From: a virus
Lineage: Duplodnaviria; Caudoviricetes
Strand: one strand, 5' to 3'
DNA length: 25,664 nucleotides
Virus record (IMG/VR): IMGVR_UViG_3300036760_000357
Coordinates: 1-25,664 of that record
In this document: positions 15,561-23,603 of the stretch, piece by piece
Position numbering within the stretch: position 1 is the first letter of the stretch
Layout of the letters: each line of letters starts with the position of its first letter
The notes under the pieces: model-generated
Told to the model about the DNA's origin: nothing
Database searches by the model: none
Seen by the model: only the letters and a program-made list of their open reading frames with translations
Translations under genes and position numbers: made by a program

Positions 15561-16231
15561 TGCGGCGCTCCGTCCCTGCGTGCCTGGCGGTGTTTGTGAA
15601 AGACGAAAGCAGCTCCAGACCTATGATGTGTGTTCCACGGCGTCCTCATCGGTGCGATCCGCACCGGGTATTGGTGGATCGCCCGCAGCAGTGCCATTTG
15701 GTCGTGCACCTTCCAGCGGCACCATTCTTCGTACCAGGCCGCCATCATCGCTTCCACGTGTTCATTTCTACGAAAGAAGATTACGCCGCTGTTATAGTAC
15801 ATGTGATGCCCTGTGCCCAATACCTTCTTTGTATACGCGACTTCGTCCTGTTTCAAATATGGCCAGTGGTTCTCGATGAAAATGCGGTTCACATCCTGTC
15901 CCAGCACCAGATCGACATAGTTCAAAAGCTCGAAGCCCGCCACCGGCGAGCTCAATATTTCCGTGTCGGCATCCAGGAAGAGTGTCTTTTCGAAAGGTGA
16001 AAGCCGGTACATCTGTGTCTTTTGTGTACGTGCTCCTCGATCTTCCTCGGGATGTAGGATAATATGGTCGGCCTCCTTGAGCGCCGTATCACTCACCGCT
16101 GCAATTGGGAGTCCGCGCATGTGCTGTCTCAATGTCCGCATGCTATTCTGTGCCTGCTCGCGTGCCTTCACGCCATAAGCCACATATAGCACTCCTTTAT
16201 CTGCGATGATCGCCTGCTGTTCGATGATCAC
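15557..16231 (-). CDS. GT-A fold glycosyltransferase (GT8-like / nucleotide-diphospho-sugar transferase-like)
   Basis: GVLYVAYG, SPFEKTLFLDADT (DxD), YNSGVIFF, DQMAL and PWN motifs. GTG start with AGGAG SD. Confidence 0.85.
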   Translation of the reverse strand: MIIEQQAIIADKGVLYVAYGVKAREQAQNSMRTLRQHMRGLPIAAVSDTALKEADHIILHPEEDRGARTQKTQMYRLSPFEKTLFLDADTEILSSPVAGFELLNYVDLVLGQDVNRIFIENHWPYLKQDEVAYTKKVLGTGHHMYYNSGVIFFRRNEHVEAMMAAWYEEWCRWKVHDQMALLRAIHQYPVRIAPMRTPWNTHHRSGAAFVFHKHRQARRDGAPQ

Positions 16232-16247
16232 ACCATCACTCCTGATG

Positions 16248-16271
16248 TGAGGGGCGGATATCCGCCCCTCA
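16248..16271. terminator. Perfect 24-bp GC-rich palindrome between the capsid and GT genes
   Basis: TGAGGGGCGGATATCCGCCCCTCA. A T-run follows only on the plus strand. Confidence 0.55.
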
Positions 16272-16290
16272 TTTTATGGATAGGATCGGT

Positions 16291-17622
16291 TTAGCTTCCG
16301 CCTGATAGGTCGACCTCCACGAAAGCTGACGGCCTGATCACGCCCATCGCTGCCCGAAGTTCTGCCAGGATGGCAATCATGTTACGGATAAAGAAATCCG
16401 CATGGCTGTCACTCACACTGATGTTAACCTGCTCGCGATCCCATAGCACCATCTTGCGCCAGTTGCCAAGATAGGCTGTACCCTGCGGTAGGAAGAAATT
16501 CTGCACAACCGGAACGCCCCACAAGGTGCGTGGGCCAGGTGTTTGTGGTCCGCCCCAGTAATAGCGTCCCTGCAGATCCTGCAGCAGATCAATCGACTCC
16601 CAATCGGTTGGGTTAAGCACCCAGGCGGTTGGTACCTGTTTTCCGTTGATCAGCAGATTGGTGATTGCCTTGCGCGCCGTGGTGATGATGTCGGTATCGA
16701 AGGCCTGCACCAGGATATTAGCGGTGTTTGCTAGACCGGTGAAGTTCTCACCAGTACCGTTCCCATTGAGCAGCTGGTTTTCCAGCTCTTCTCCCAGATC
16801 TTCGCGCAACTCCTGGTCGATCAAACCGCGTAGCTGCCCAACATCCGAGATTGCCCGCTTGGTTGCCGGGATCCACACCGCAATGGCTTTGACCGGCTCC
16901 TGTACGCGCTCGAACATCATTGCTCCTTCCGGTTTTTCCCCACTCACCTCTCCCGGATAGCCGGTTTTCTCGGTCACGTTGGACTCAGCCACCGGTGCAG
17001 CCTGGGTGACTTGTGTGGTTTGGCGCACGAACTCCACGCTATCAGTAGTCGTGGTGCGCACGCTGATCAGGTCCCGCAAAGTCAACGGGTAGCGCCCCAA
17101 CGGTTCATAGATGCCGGTGTCCTCTGGTGCAATGAATGCACCCGCGCTGATTGCGCTGGCTCCGGTGATCAGGTCCTTGCGGAACAGACCGAAGCGCTTG
17201 AACTCCAGAGGCGGGGAAGAGAGGCCTTTGCGGCTGTCTGCGATATGGCCTCCCGGTGCCACCTGCTTCATCCAATCCTGCCAGGCTTTTGATTTGACGA
17301 ACGCCTCGCCCAGGGTGTTGTACTCCTGTTCGGCCAGGAACTGTGCACCCTTGACCCGGCCATTACCATTGCCGCCCGGTGCATCATCCCCTCTGATCTC
17401 GATGCCTTCACCCAGATTGAGGATGCTTTGACGCATCGCATCGTCATCCTGGATGGTCTTGATCTCGCCCTTCACTTTCTTGGCGTCTTCCAGTAGTCCA
17501 GCTACCTTCTGGCGCTCTTCGGGCGTGAAGTCACGCTTTTCTTTGTCGACCAGGTTGCAAATGTCGCGTGCATCGGTTAAGAATTTTTTCAGGCTTTCCT
17601 GCAGTTCTTTCAAAGTCTTCAT
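16291..17622 (-). CDS. Major capsid protein, HK97 fold, with N-terminal delta (scaffold) domain
   Basis: Likely start MKTLKELQ at 17622 (AGGAG SD). Coiled-coil N-terminus plus 'EKPE', 'QLLNGNG', 'LNP.DW', 'LWGVPVV' and 'FIRN...ELR...RPSAF' motifs. Confidence 0.95.
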   Translation of the reverse strand: MKTLKELQESLKKFLTDARDICNLVDKEKRDFTPEERQKVAGLLEDAKKVKGEIKTIQDDDAMRQSILNLGEGIEIRGDDAPGGNGNGRVKGAQFLAEQEYNTLGEAFVKSKAWQDWMKQVAPGGHIADSRKGLSSPPLEFKRFGLFRKDLITGASAISAGAFIAPEDTGIYEPLGRYPLTLRDLISVRTTTTDSVEFVRQTTQVTQAAPVAESNVTEKTGYPGEVSGEKPEGAMMFERVQEPVKAIAVWIPATKRAISDVGQLRGLIDQELREDLGEELENQLLNGNGTGENFTGLANTANILVQAFDTDIITTARKAITNLLINGKQVPTAWVLNPTDWESIDLLQDLQGRYYWGGPQTPGPRTLWGVPVVQNFFLPQGTAYLGNWRKMVLWDREQVNISVSDSHADFFIRNMIAILAELRAAMGVIRPSAFVEVDLSGGS

Positions 17623-17672
17623 GATAGTTCTCCTATTCAAAAATATTTGATTATGAATGGGTCATGCCGACC

Positions 17673-17807
17673 TTCCCGCTCGACTTACCGTCTCCGGCCT
17701 CGTCTTCGGTAGCTTCCGCATGTTAATCCTCTAACTCAAGAATGCTGATTTGAGTTCTGATCACGTCAACATTCCCGCTCGACTTACCGTCCCCGGCCTC
17801 GTCTTCG
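17673..17807 (-). repeat. 36-bp direct repeat (35/36 identical), 99-bp period
   Basis: CGAAGACGAGGCCGG(A/G)GACGGTAAGTCGAGCGGGAA on the minus strand, at 17772-17807 (inside the protease gene) and 17673-17708 (intergenic). Confidence 0.92.
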
Positions 17808-18652
17808 AGATTGTTTCCGCTAAGAGATAATGGATCGATTGATTTGAGCTCTGGAGGCTCGATGTCTGCATCACGCAAATGTTTGGCTAAATGGTTCCAC
17901 ACGCCTTGACGGTCGGCATCGGGGATCGTCGTGCCTCCCCTCCCACCGTTGAGCACACCGATCCCGGTCTGGCAGGCCCGTATATTGGCTGCGCCCGGAT
18001 TGCCATCTCCATCTATCATGTGGTGGATGAAGCGCCAGGATGATTTGACCTCCGGATCGCCCTCCACATCCTGCCAGGCGTAGATGCGCTTGTAGTATGC
18101 TGTGTTTTCCCCGCTCCGCACACGTGCCTCATTGGTCGGACCACTCCAGGCTGCATCGGTGGTTTCCGTTGTGTGCGATGAAACCGCCCGCTTGGCGCCC
18201 TTGATCGAGGTCGTGCGTGTGTCGATACCTGCCCCTCGGGTGACCGGCGCCACGCCCCACACATCCAGCTTTTCCAGATAGCGCACGTCCTGGTCCTCTT
18301 CGTGTCCCTGACTGCTTTCCTCGATGCTGAAGGTGTATGACCACTCCTGTAGTGGTCCTAAATTCTTTACCACCTGGTAATGGTCCCGTCCGGATTCTGT
18401 ATCCAGGAAGAATTGTCCTTCGATGACCGCCTTGTTATCCTTCTCATGGATCACACCCTTGCCCACCGGCAGCTGACCATAGTTGTGATTCCAGGGCTCG
18501 ATCAATGTTTCCTGACCCTCCCGAAAGGCTCCATGCCTGGTGATATCGCCATCGTGGTCGATGACCTCCAGCGTGGCAAACTCGGCCGTAAACTCGCCCT
18601 CTTTGCCACCCTGTTTCAAAATGATGGGTGCGTTAAATATTTTTTGTTTCAT
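17723..18652 (-). CDS. HK97-type prohead protease with an extra C-terminal domain
   Basis: Likely start MKQKIF at 18652 (AGGAG SD). Has 'D.DGD', 'WNHN...PVG', 'EWSYTF' and 'PVTRGA' protease motifs, and lies between portal and capsid. Confidence 0.88.
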   Translation of the reverse strand: MKQKIFNAPIILKQGGKEGEFTAEFATLEVIDHDGDITRHGAFREGQETLIEPWNHNYGQLPVGKGVIHEKDNKAVIEGQFFLDTESGRDHYQVVKNLGPLQEWSYTFSIEESSQGHEEDQDVRYLEKLDVWGVAPVTRGAGIDTRTTSIKGAKRAVSSHTTETTDAAWSGPTNEARVRSGENTAYYKRIYAWQDVEGDPEVKSSWRFIHHMIDGDGNPGAANIRACQTGIGVLNGGRGGTTIPDADRQGVWNHLAKHLRDADIEPPELKSIDPLSLSGNNLEDEAGDGKSSGNVDVIRTQISILELED

Positions 18653-18654
18653 CT

Positions 18655-20601
18655 CTAATCTCCTAAAAACTCCACCGAACATAAACATCCTGCTGTTTCA
18701 TCTGCGCTGCCGCGTGAATCACCCGGCCAGCGTAGGCCATTGCTGAAGTTTTCCCTGATCCCCACCGTCTCACCATTTATCGCCGCATGCGTTGGGCGTG
18801 GGTTGCTGCTGTTCACCCGCCAGCGTTTCTGCCTGAGGCCCGATGCATTGGCCGCTTCATGGGCTCCAAAGTTGCTGGCATTCGTTACCGCACTAATCGC
18901 CTCTTTGGAAGCCCAGACGGTGATCGCCGTATTGAACACCCCTTTCACTGCCTCCAGCGGTTCTGGGTCCAGTAAGGCCGTTGATAGTGCCTCCCGCGTC
19001 TGGGTATTGAAATATTCAGCCTGGATCCGTGAATGTTCTGCCAGCCAGGGTACCATGCCCGCTTCGAAAGCCTCCCAATCTTCGATCTGAGTACCCATCA
19101 GCTCGAGCATGCGCTTCGCCCATTCTATGGTAGTCAGGTTATTCAAGCGTAGCAGGTCCACAGATAGTTCTGAATTCCAGCGCTCATCATCCCACCAGAT
19201 CCCCCCTCCCAGGTCAGATTTACCGTCATTTGTACCGATGGCTGCCGGCACGTGGCTGACGATTTCTGCTTCCTGGCGCCGGTAAAATCGAGATAGGATC
19301 TCGATCCACTTCAGTTCATGTCGTTCGCGCAGTTCCGGGGATACTGAATCGAAACCCTTTGCATGCAGCATCTTCAGTGGCGGGGCGCTATCCCTGGGTG
19401 AGGCCTGGCCACCAACGATAACGTTGAGCGGTGTCGCCAGCCGGTCTGCATCCCCTCCCATGCTGGGCAGGTTCATACGCGCGCGCCCCTCATTGGGTGT
19501 CATCCACGGTCTGCCAATCGCAGATTGAAGGGTTTTAATCTGCTCTTCGAAATCGCCCTTCAGCTTCTCATTCAGGTTGAACTCGACGTATACGTTGGTG
19601 TTATCCTCGAATTCGGGCAGCAGCTGCAGGTCGATGTCCTGCTCGATCATCGTTAACCACGGACCTATACAGTCCTGATAAAGATTCTGGTGCTGCTCAC
19701 GGATGTTGGTTAGCGTGGCATTGTCCAGGATGCCGACCATCGGCAGCGGGATGTGATAGGCTCGGGCACACTCTACACGCGTGAGCTTGCGCCCTTCGAT
19801 GTACTCGCTCTCCTGTGCATTGAATGACATATCCTGCCATTCCATGCCCTCTTCGAGCACAACGATCTTGCCGGAATTATCCGCTCCGCTGTGTGCCTCC
19901 TGAAAATCAGCGATGAAACGCTCACGCGCTGTATCGCTCCATTCCGGTGCCTCCCTGGGTCGTTGGACTACGCCTTCCTTGCGAGCTGCATTCTGCCAGA
20001 AATTCTCCCGGTACAGGCCGGCCTCGTGCTCCTCTGCCAGTATCCTGCGCAGTGTTTCCATTGGGGATAATCCGCTGATCGGGTTCTCCGGGTTATAGCC
20101 GTGGAAGTGGACCACATCGTTGGGCTGTAATTCTTGATAAAGCCCACCCACGGTCAGTTCGTACAATTTCGGGATCAATCCACCTCTCGGAGTAATATAA
20201 ATCGGCGGTATGCGCAATAGACCAGCTGGAATGCCATCCTGGCGAATTTTCAGCCAGTAGGCATTGAAATAGATGCCCAGGTCAGACATCAGCGCTTCGA
20301 TCATGCGGTAGGTTGTGACCTTCATTACTGGCGGAAGTGGCTGTCCCAGCAGCTTTGCCGCCCCGTGATCTATCAAGCGCTCCCGATCGGTGTCCGATAC
20401 CCTCCGGAACACGTGCAGCCCGAGTTGTGCCACGTTGCGTGCCAGGAAATCAATGCACGTCCTGAGATTAGGTTGCATGCGGTAAAGCGCAGCATAGTCG
20501 TAATTAAAATTATCGTACATGCTCAGGCTGGTGCGCGTAACGAGCGGCGACCAGGTCGGCATGAGATTTTGTAGTTCGCCAAGGGTTTGAATAAATGCCA
20601 T
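18655..20601 (-). CDS. Portal protein (HK97 family) fused to a MuF-like head morphogenesis domain
   Basis: Likely start MAFIQ at 20601 (TGATG overlap). Portal motifs 'VVHF...GLSPM', 'VLEEGMEW' and 'MTPNEGR'. C-terminal 'KRW...PRPTH...G...F.NGLRWPGD...C.C'. Confidence 0.9.
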   Translation of the reverse strand: MAFIQTLGELQNLMPTWSPLVTRTSLSMYDNFNYDYAALYRMQPNLRTCIDFLARNVAQLGLHVFRRVSDTDRERLIDHGAAKLLGQPLPPVMKVTTYRMIEALMSDLGIYFNAYWLKIRQDGIPAGLLRIPPIYITPRGGLIPKLYELTVGGLYQELQPNDVVHFHGYNPENPISGLSPMETLRRILAEEHEAGLYRENFWQNAARKEGVVQRPREAPEWSDTARERFIADFQEAHSGADNSGKIVVLEEGMEWQDMSFNAQESEYIEGRKLTRVECARAYHIPLPMVGILDNATLTNIREQHQNLYQDCIGPWLTMIEQDIDLQLLPEFEDNTNVYVEFNLNEKLKGDFEEQIKTLQSAIGRPWMTPNEGRARMNLPSMGGDADRLATPLNVIVGGQASPRDSAPPLKMLHAKGFDSVSPELRERHELKWIEILSRFYRRQEAEIVSHVPAAIGTNDGKSDLGGGIWWDDERWNSELSVDLLRLNNLTTIEWAKRMLELMGTQIEDWEAFEAGMVPWLAEHSRIQAEYFNTQTREALSTALLDPEPLEAVKGVFNTAITVWASKEAISAVTNASNFGAHEAANASGLRQKRWRVNSSNPRPTHAAINGETVGIRENFSNGLRWPGDSRGSADETAGCLCSVEFLGD

Positions 20602-20825
20602 CACAACACCTGAATGAAATCTACGTCTGATAATTTCACGAGCACCTCTCCATCTACTAAGTGCCGCTCGGTATGGTCTCGATCTTGGAGCATCTCCACA
20701 TTCCGCAGCACTACGAACTGCCCGGCGCATTGTCTGACTACCGCTCGAAATGAGGTGCCACTCCGCAGGTTGACGATCACCGTCTTGAGTTCTGGATAAG
20801 GTCGAAAGCGATCAAAAATGTTCAT
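20601..20825 (-). CDS. Small protein between terL and portal, Sm/LSm-like fold
   Basis: 74 aa, coupled on both sides. Pattern 'KTVIVNLRSGTSFRAVV...VVLRNVE...GEVLV..SDVDFIQ'. Confidence 0.6.
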   Translation of the reverse strand: MNIFDRFRPYPELKTVIVNLRSGTSFRAVVRQCAGQFVVLRNVEMLQDRDHTERHLVDGEVLVKLSDVDFIQVL

Positions 20826-22447
20826 GCCACCACCAGCCCTCTGCTCTCGTATACGCTGGTACGCTTTATTCCCACGCCGGCCGTGAGTGCATCACCGCGT
20901 GCTTCCCAGCTGAGGATCGCTGCCATTGCTGCATCGATCTTGAGTGGGCTATCCGGGCGCTCTTTATAAATTGTCCACAGCGGGCGACCTTCTTCGTCTC
21001 TCATCTTCAGGATCCTGCGCACGGCATTGCCAATGTGACGCGCCAGGTGTGGGTTGCCATCATGCAGCAGCTCACCGGTGGTGATGGCCGTACTGAATGA
21101 TTTGATCGCATAGGCCATCTGCTTCGGGCGGTTGGTCCACCACTCAATCACGCGCTTCTCACCGTACTTACCCGCCCATTCCGCTACGATCGATTCCCAG
21201 TAAGGAGGATCACAATACATGCGCCAAATTTGCCAGCGATCGAAAGCCTCTGCCACGACCCCTTTTACATCCTCCGCCGGCACTTCCCAATTTTCGATAT
21301 CCAGCATCTCGGGTTTTTCCCACAATCCCAACAGGCATTGGAAGCCGGTCTGGACTTCTGTGCCGACTATGGAGGTTGCATCATGCCAGCGACCACCATC
21401 GAAACCAAGTGTCATCATCGCTCCATCCGGAGGCAGATAATTCGGGTCTGACAGCTCATTCCAGCGCTCAATATCGAACGCCCGTTCGCTTGCTCGCACC
21501 AACCGGTTCAGCCATACGCGTTCAAGGTATGACTTATCGGCTGTGGGATCCCTCCACTGCTCGACGATATTATCGATGTCGGACCATTCAGCTACCGGCC
21601 CACTGGCTTCGAGCACGGCTGCCCTTATCCCCTCCGGAGTCGAGAGATCATGGCTATCAGAGGCCTCTCTATGAAAGAAAAATAACCTGCTATCCTTTAT
21701 AGCGCCACCGGCCACCTGGCGGGCATACTCCATCGTGTCCTCTGCCACCGAGCCTTCACCGGGCGCCGGCGCCGTGGTGATCTCCAGCGACCATGCATCG
21801 GCCAGATATCGCTTCGGAATATTGGCCAGCATCGTGCGATGTGCCGATTTCAGGCGTGGCAAATTGAGTCGGTGGGTCTCATCGAACACCTGAAAGGTCG
21901 TACGTTCGCCATCTCTGGCATCCGGGGCTGTGGCCAGGCTGACCGCCTTGCCATCGCCTCCAATGCGTAGGATGCGTGTCAGGCCGATATCGAAATCTTC
22001 CGCAACCTGGCTATATATCAGGATGATGCGCAGGGCACCATAAGCCAGCTCATCGGATTGCTCTTCGGTGTAGGCCACGAGTGGAATATAAGCATCCGTT
22101 ACTCCTAAACCAACCGGCTGGCCCTTGGCATCGAACCCATCGCAGCGTACCGGTCCATCCGGGTGTAGTTCGACGGCTGCGATCAGCGCTGCCAGTTCTG
22201 TCTTGGCGCTTCCCTTGCGTAAGCTGATCGCACAGCGTTTGAATCGCCTCCGTCCCGCCCAGGCATGACCCTTTGGATAGACTTCATACATACGATAAAT
22301 GAGAGCTCGCTTTTCCTGATCCAGCTCGACCGGCAGTCCACGCAGATCTCCAGGACCATGCACCAGGTAGCTCTCGATGAATTCACACACCTGCGGCCCC
22401 AGGGTCGGATATTTCTTATCATCTTGAGGGATCATCAGCACGCTCAT
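20822..22447 (-). CDS. terL: Terminase large subunit
   Basis: Walker A variant RKGSAKT, Walker B VFDE, ITTA coupling motif, nuclease GFDG and C-terminal KIDAAMA. Confidence 0.95.
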   Translation of the reverse strand: MSVLMIPQDDKKYPTLGPQVCEFIESYLVHGPGDLRGLPVELDQEKRALIYRMYEVYPKGHAWAGRRRFKRCAISLRKGSAKTELAALIAAVELHPDGPVRCDGFDAKGQPVGLGVTDAYIPLVAYTEEQSDELAYGALRIILIYSQVAEDFDIGLTRILRIGGDGKAVSLATAPDARDGERTTFQVFDETHRLNLPRLKSAHRTMLANIPKRYLADAWSLEITTAPAPGEGSVAEDTMEYARQVAGGAIKDSRLFFFHREASDSHDLSTPEGIRAAVLEASGPVAEWSDIDNIVEQWRDPTADKSYLERVWLNRLVRASERAFDIERWNELSDPNYLPPDGAMMTLGFDGGRWHDATSIVGTEVQTGFQCLLGLWEKPEMLDIENWEVPAEDVKGVVAEAFDRWQIWRMYCDPPYWESIVAEWAGKYGEKRVIEWWTNRPKQMAYAIKSFSTAITTGELLHDGNPHLARHIGNAVRRILKMRDEEGRPLWTIYKERPDSPLKIDAAMAAILSWEARGDALTAGVGIKRTSVYESRGLVVA

Positions 22448-22893
22448 TTACTCAATACCTCACGTGGATCATCACCATCGATAATTAGCGCACGCCGGCT
22501 GCGCTTCTGCTCATGCCGATCCCTCGCCTCTTCAGCCTGTGCCACAGACCATTCAAGTCTGCGCCTGCTTAGTGGTGTAATCCCGAATTCCCGCTCCAGC
22601 AGGCGGATCTCCTTGGCAGTATCTAGCATGCCTGTCTTCCAAAATGCATCCACAAGGATTACCAGTCTGAAAAGGGCAGGAAGATCACCCCGCAAATACT
22701 CGAAGTGCATCGGGGAAGTCCATACGTCATGCCACCACATCCTGGCCATCTTATGCCAGGTACCGCCGCCAGGGTGCCTTGGGAGGTATGGTGTCCTCTC
22801 AATAGGGGCGATTTCCGCCGGTAACATGGATCTGGTGATCGATTTGTTCCTGCGCTGCCTGATGGAAGGGTTTTTAGGTAGTGGTCCTGGCAT
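22444..22893 (-). CDS. terS: Terminase small subunit
   Basis: 'MPGPLPK...RQRRNK' N-terminus and 'EIRL.E.EFG.TP..RRRL.W' motif. Immediately upstream of terL. Confidence 0.88.
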   Translation of the reverse strand: MPGPLPKNPSIRQRRNKSITRSMLPAEIAPIERTPYLPRHPGGGTWHKMARMWWHDVWTSPMHFEYLRGDLPALFRLVILVDAFWKTGMLDTAKEIRLLEREFGITPLSRRRLEWSVAQAEEARDRHEQKRSRRALIIDGDDPREVLSK

Positions 22894-23603
22894 TAGAGAT
22901 TATTCCCAGCCCAATTTTGATAAATTTTGCGAATAAGAATTCTGAATTCATCTTTCGAAAGCAATGCCTTCGCATGATTGCATGTTCCACAACACGGAAC
23001 TACGTTATCAATCGTGTAACCACGTTTAGTATCAATCCGGTCCAAGCCGTTATATACAAAGTTTCCATTTCCATTGATAACTTTTTTCTCTTGGTGGGGC
23101 TCACCGCCACAATAAAAACATGATTGTTTGGTCAATTCAAAAACTTGATCATTTGTAAGAGTATATTCAAGCCCCTTTTCCTTTGCACGCCTTTTCAAAT
23201 GGTGGACCAAATAATTGAATGCAGCCTCTCCTTTTGGTTTTGGGTGGAGACAACCGCAGCTTCGAACGTAACCTGCTCTAAGACTTCTTCCACTAATAAC
23301 TTTTCTCTTGCCACAATCACATTGGCACAACCATAAAGCACTGGTAGGTTTGCCACCACCTGCATATTCAATTACAGTAAGCTTGCCATATTGATTCCCA
23401 GCCTCATTAATCAATTGCGATTTTTGATTACAACCACAACTGACGATGTGGCTGCGTCGGAGATCAGTGCCCATAACTTTAACCTGACCACCACAATCAC
23501 ATTGACACAGCCAAGTAGCATGCCCATGAAAACCGTTTTCGACACGTTTAATCACGGTCAGATTGCCATATTTCTTTCCAGTTTCATCAATTATTTTGCT
23601 CAT
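22893..23603 (-). CDS. His-Me finger (HNH-type) homing-endonuclease-like protein with two CxCDCG repeat domains
   Basis: Two copies of G.KYG.LTVI...WLCQCDCG...SCGC, then CFYCG...GLDRID..RGY..DNVVPCC..CN..K. Visibly AT-richer than its flanks. Confidence 0.8.
   Translation of the reverse strand: MSKIIDETGKKYGNLTVIKRVENGFHGHATWLCQCDCGGQVKVMGTDLRRSHIVSCGCNQKSQLINEAGNQYGKLTVIEYAGGGKPTSALWLCQCDCGKRKVISGRSLRAGYVRSCGCLHPKPKGEAAFNYLVHHLKRRAKEKGLEYTLTNDQVFELTKQSCFYCGGEPHQEKKVINGNGNFVYNGLDRIDTKRGYTIDNVVPCCGTCNHAKALLSKDEFRILIRKIYQNWAGNNL

Noticed and set aside
13586-16231. Serotype-conversion (gtrABC-like) cassette
   Set aside because: No membrane proteins or flippase, and the genes are embedded in and coupled to the late operon rather than forming an independent moron.
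17673-17807. 36-bp repeat pair as a mini CRISPR array or att site
   Set aside because: Only two copies, the 63-bp spacer is coding sequence, there are no cas genes, and it lies mid head operon.
20602-20730. ORF-track N-terminal extensions (portal, also 3547, 11953, 15010, 17640, 18688, 24078, 24863)
   Set aside because: They overlap upstream genes or lack an SD; downstream ATGs with SDs or stop-start overlaps fit better.
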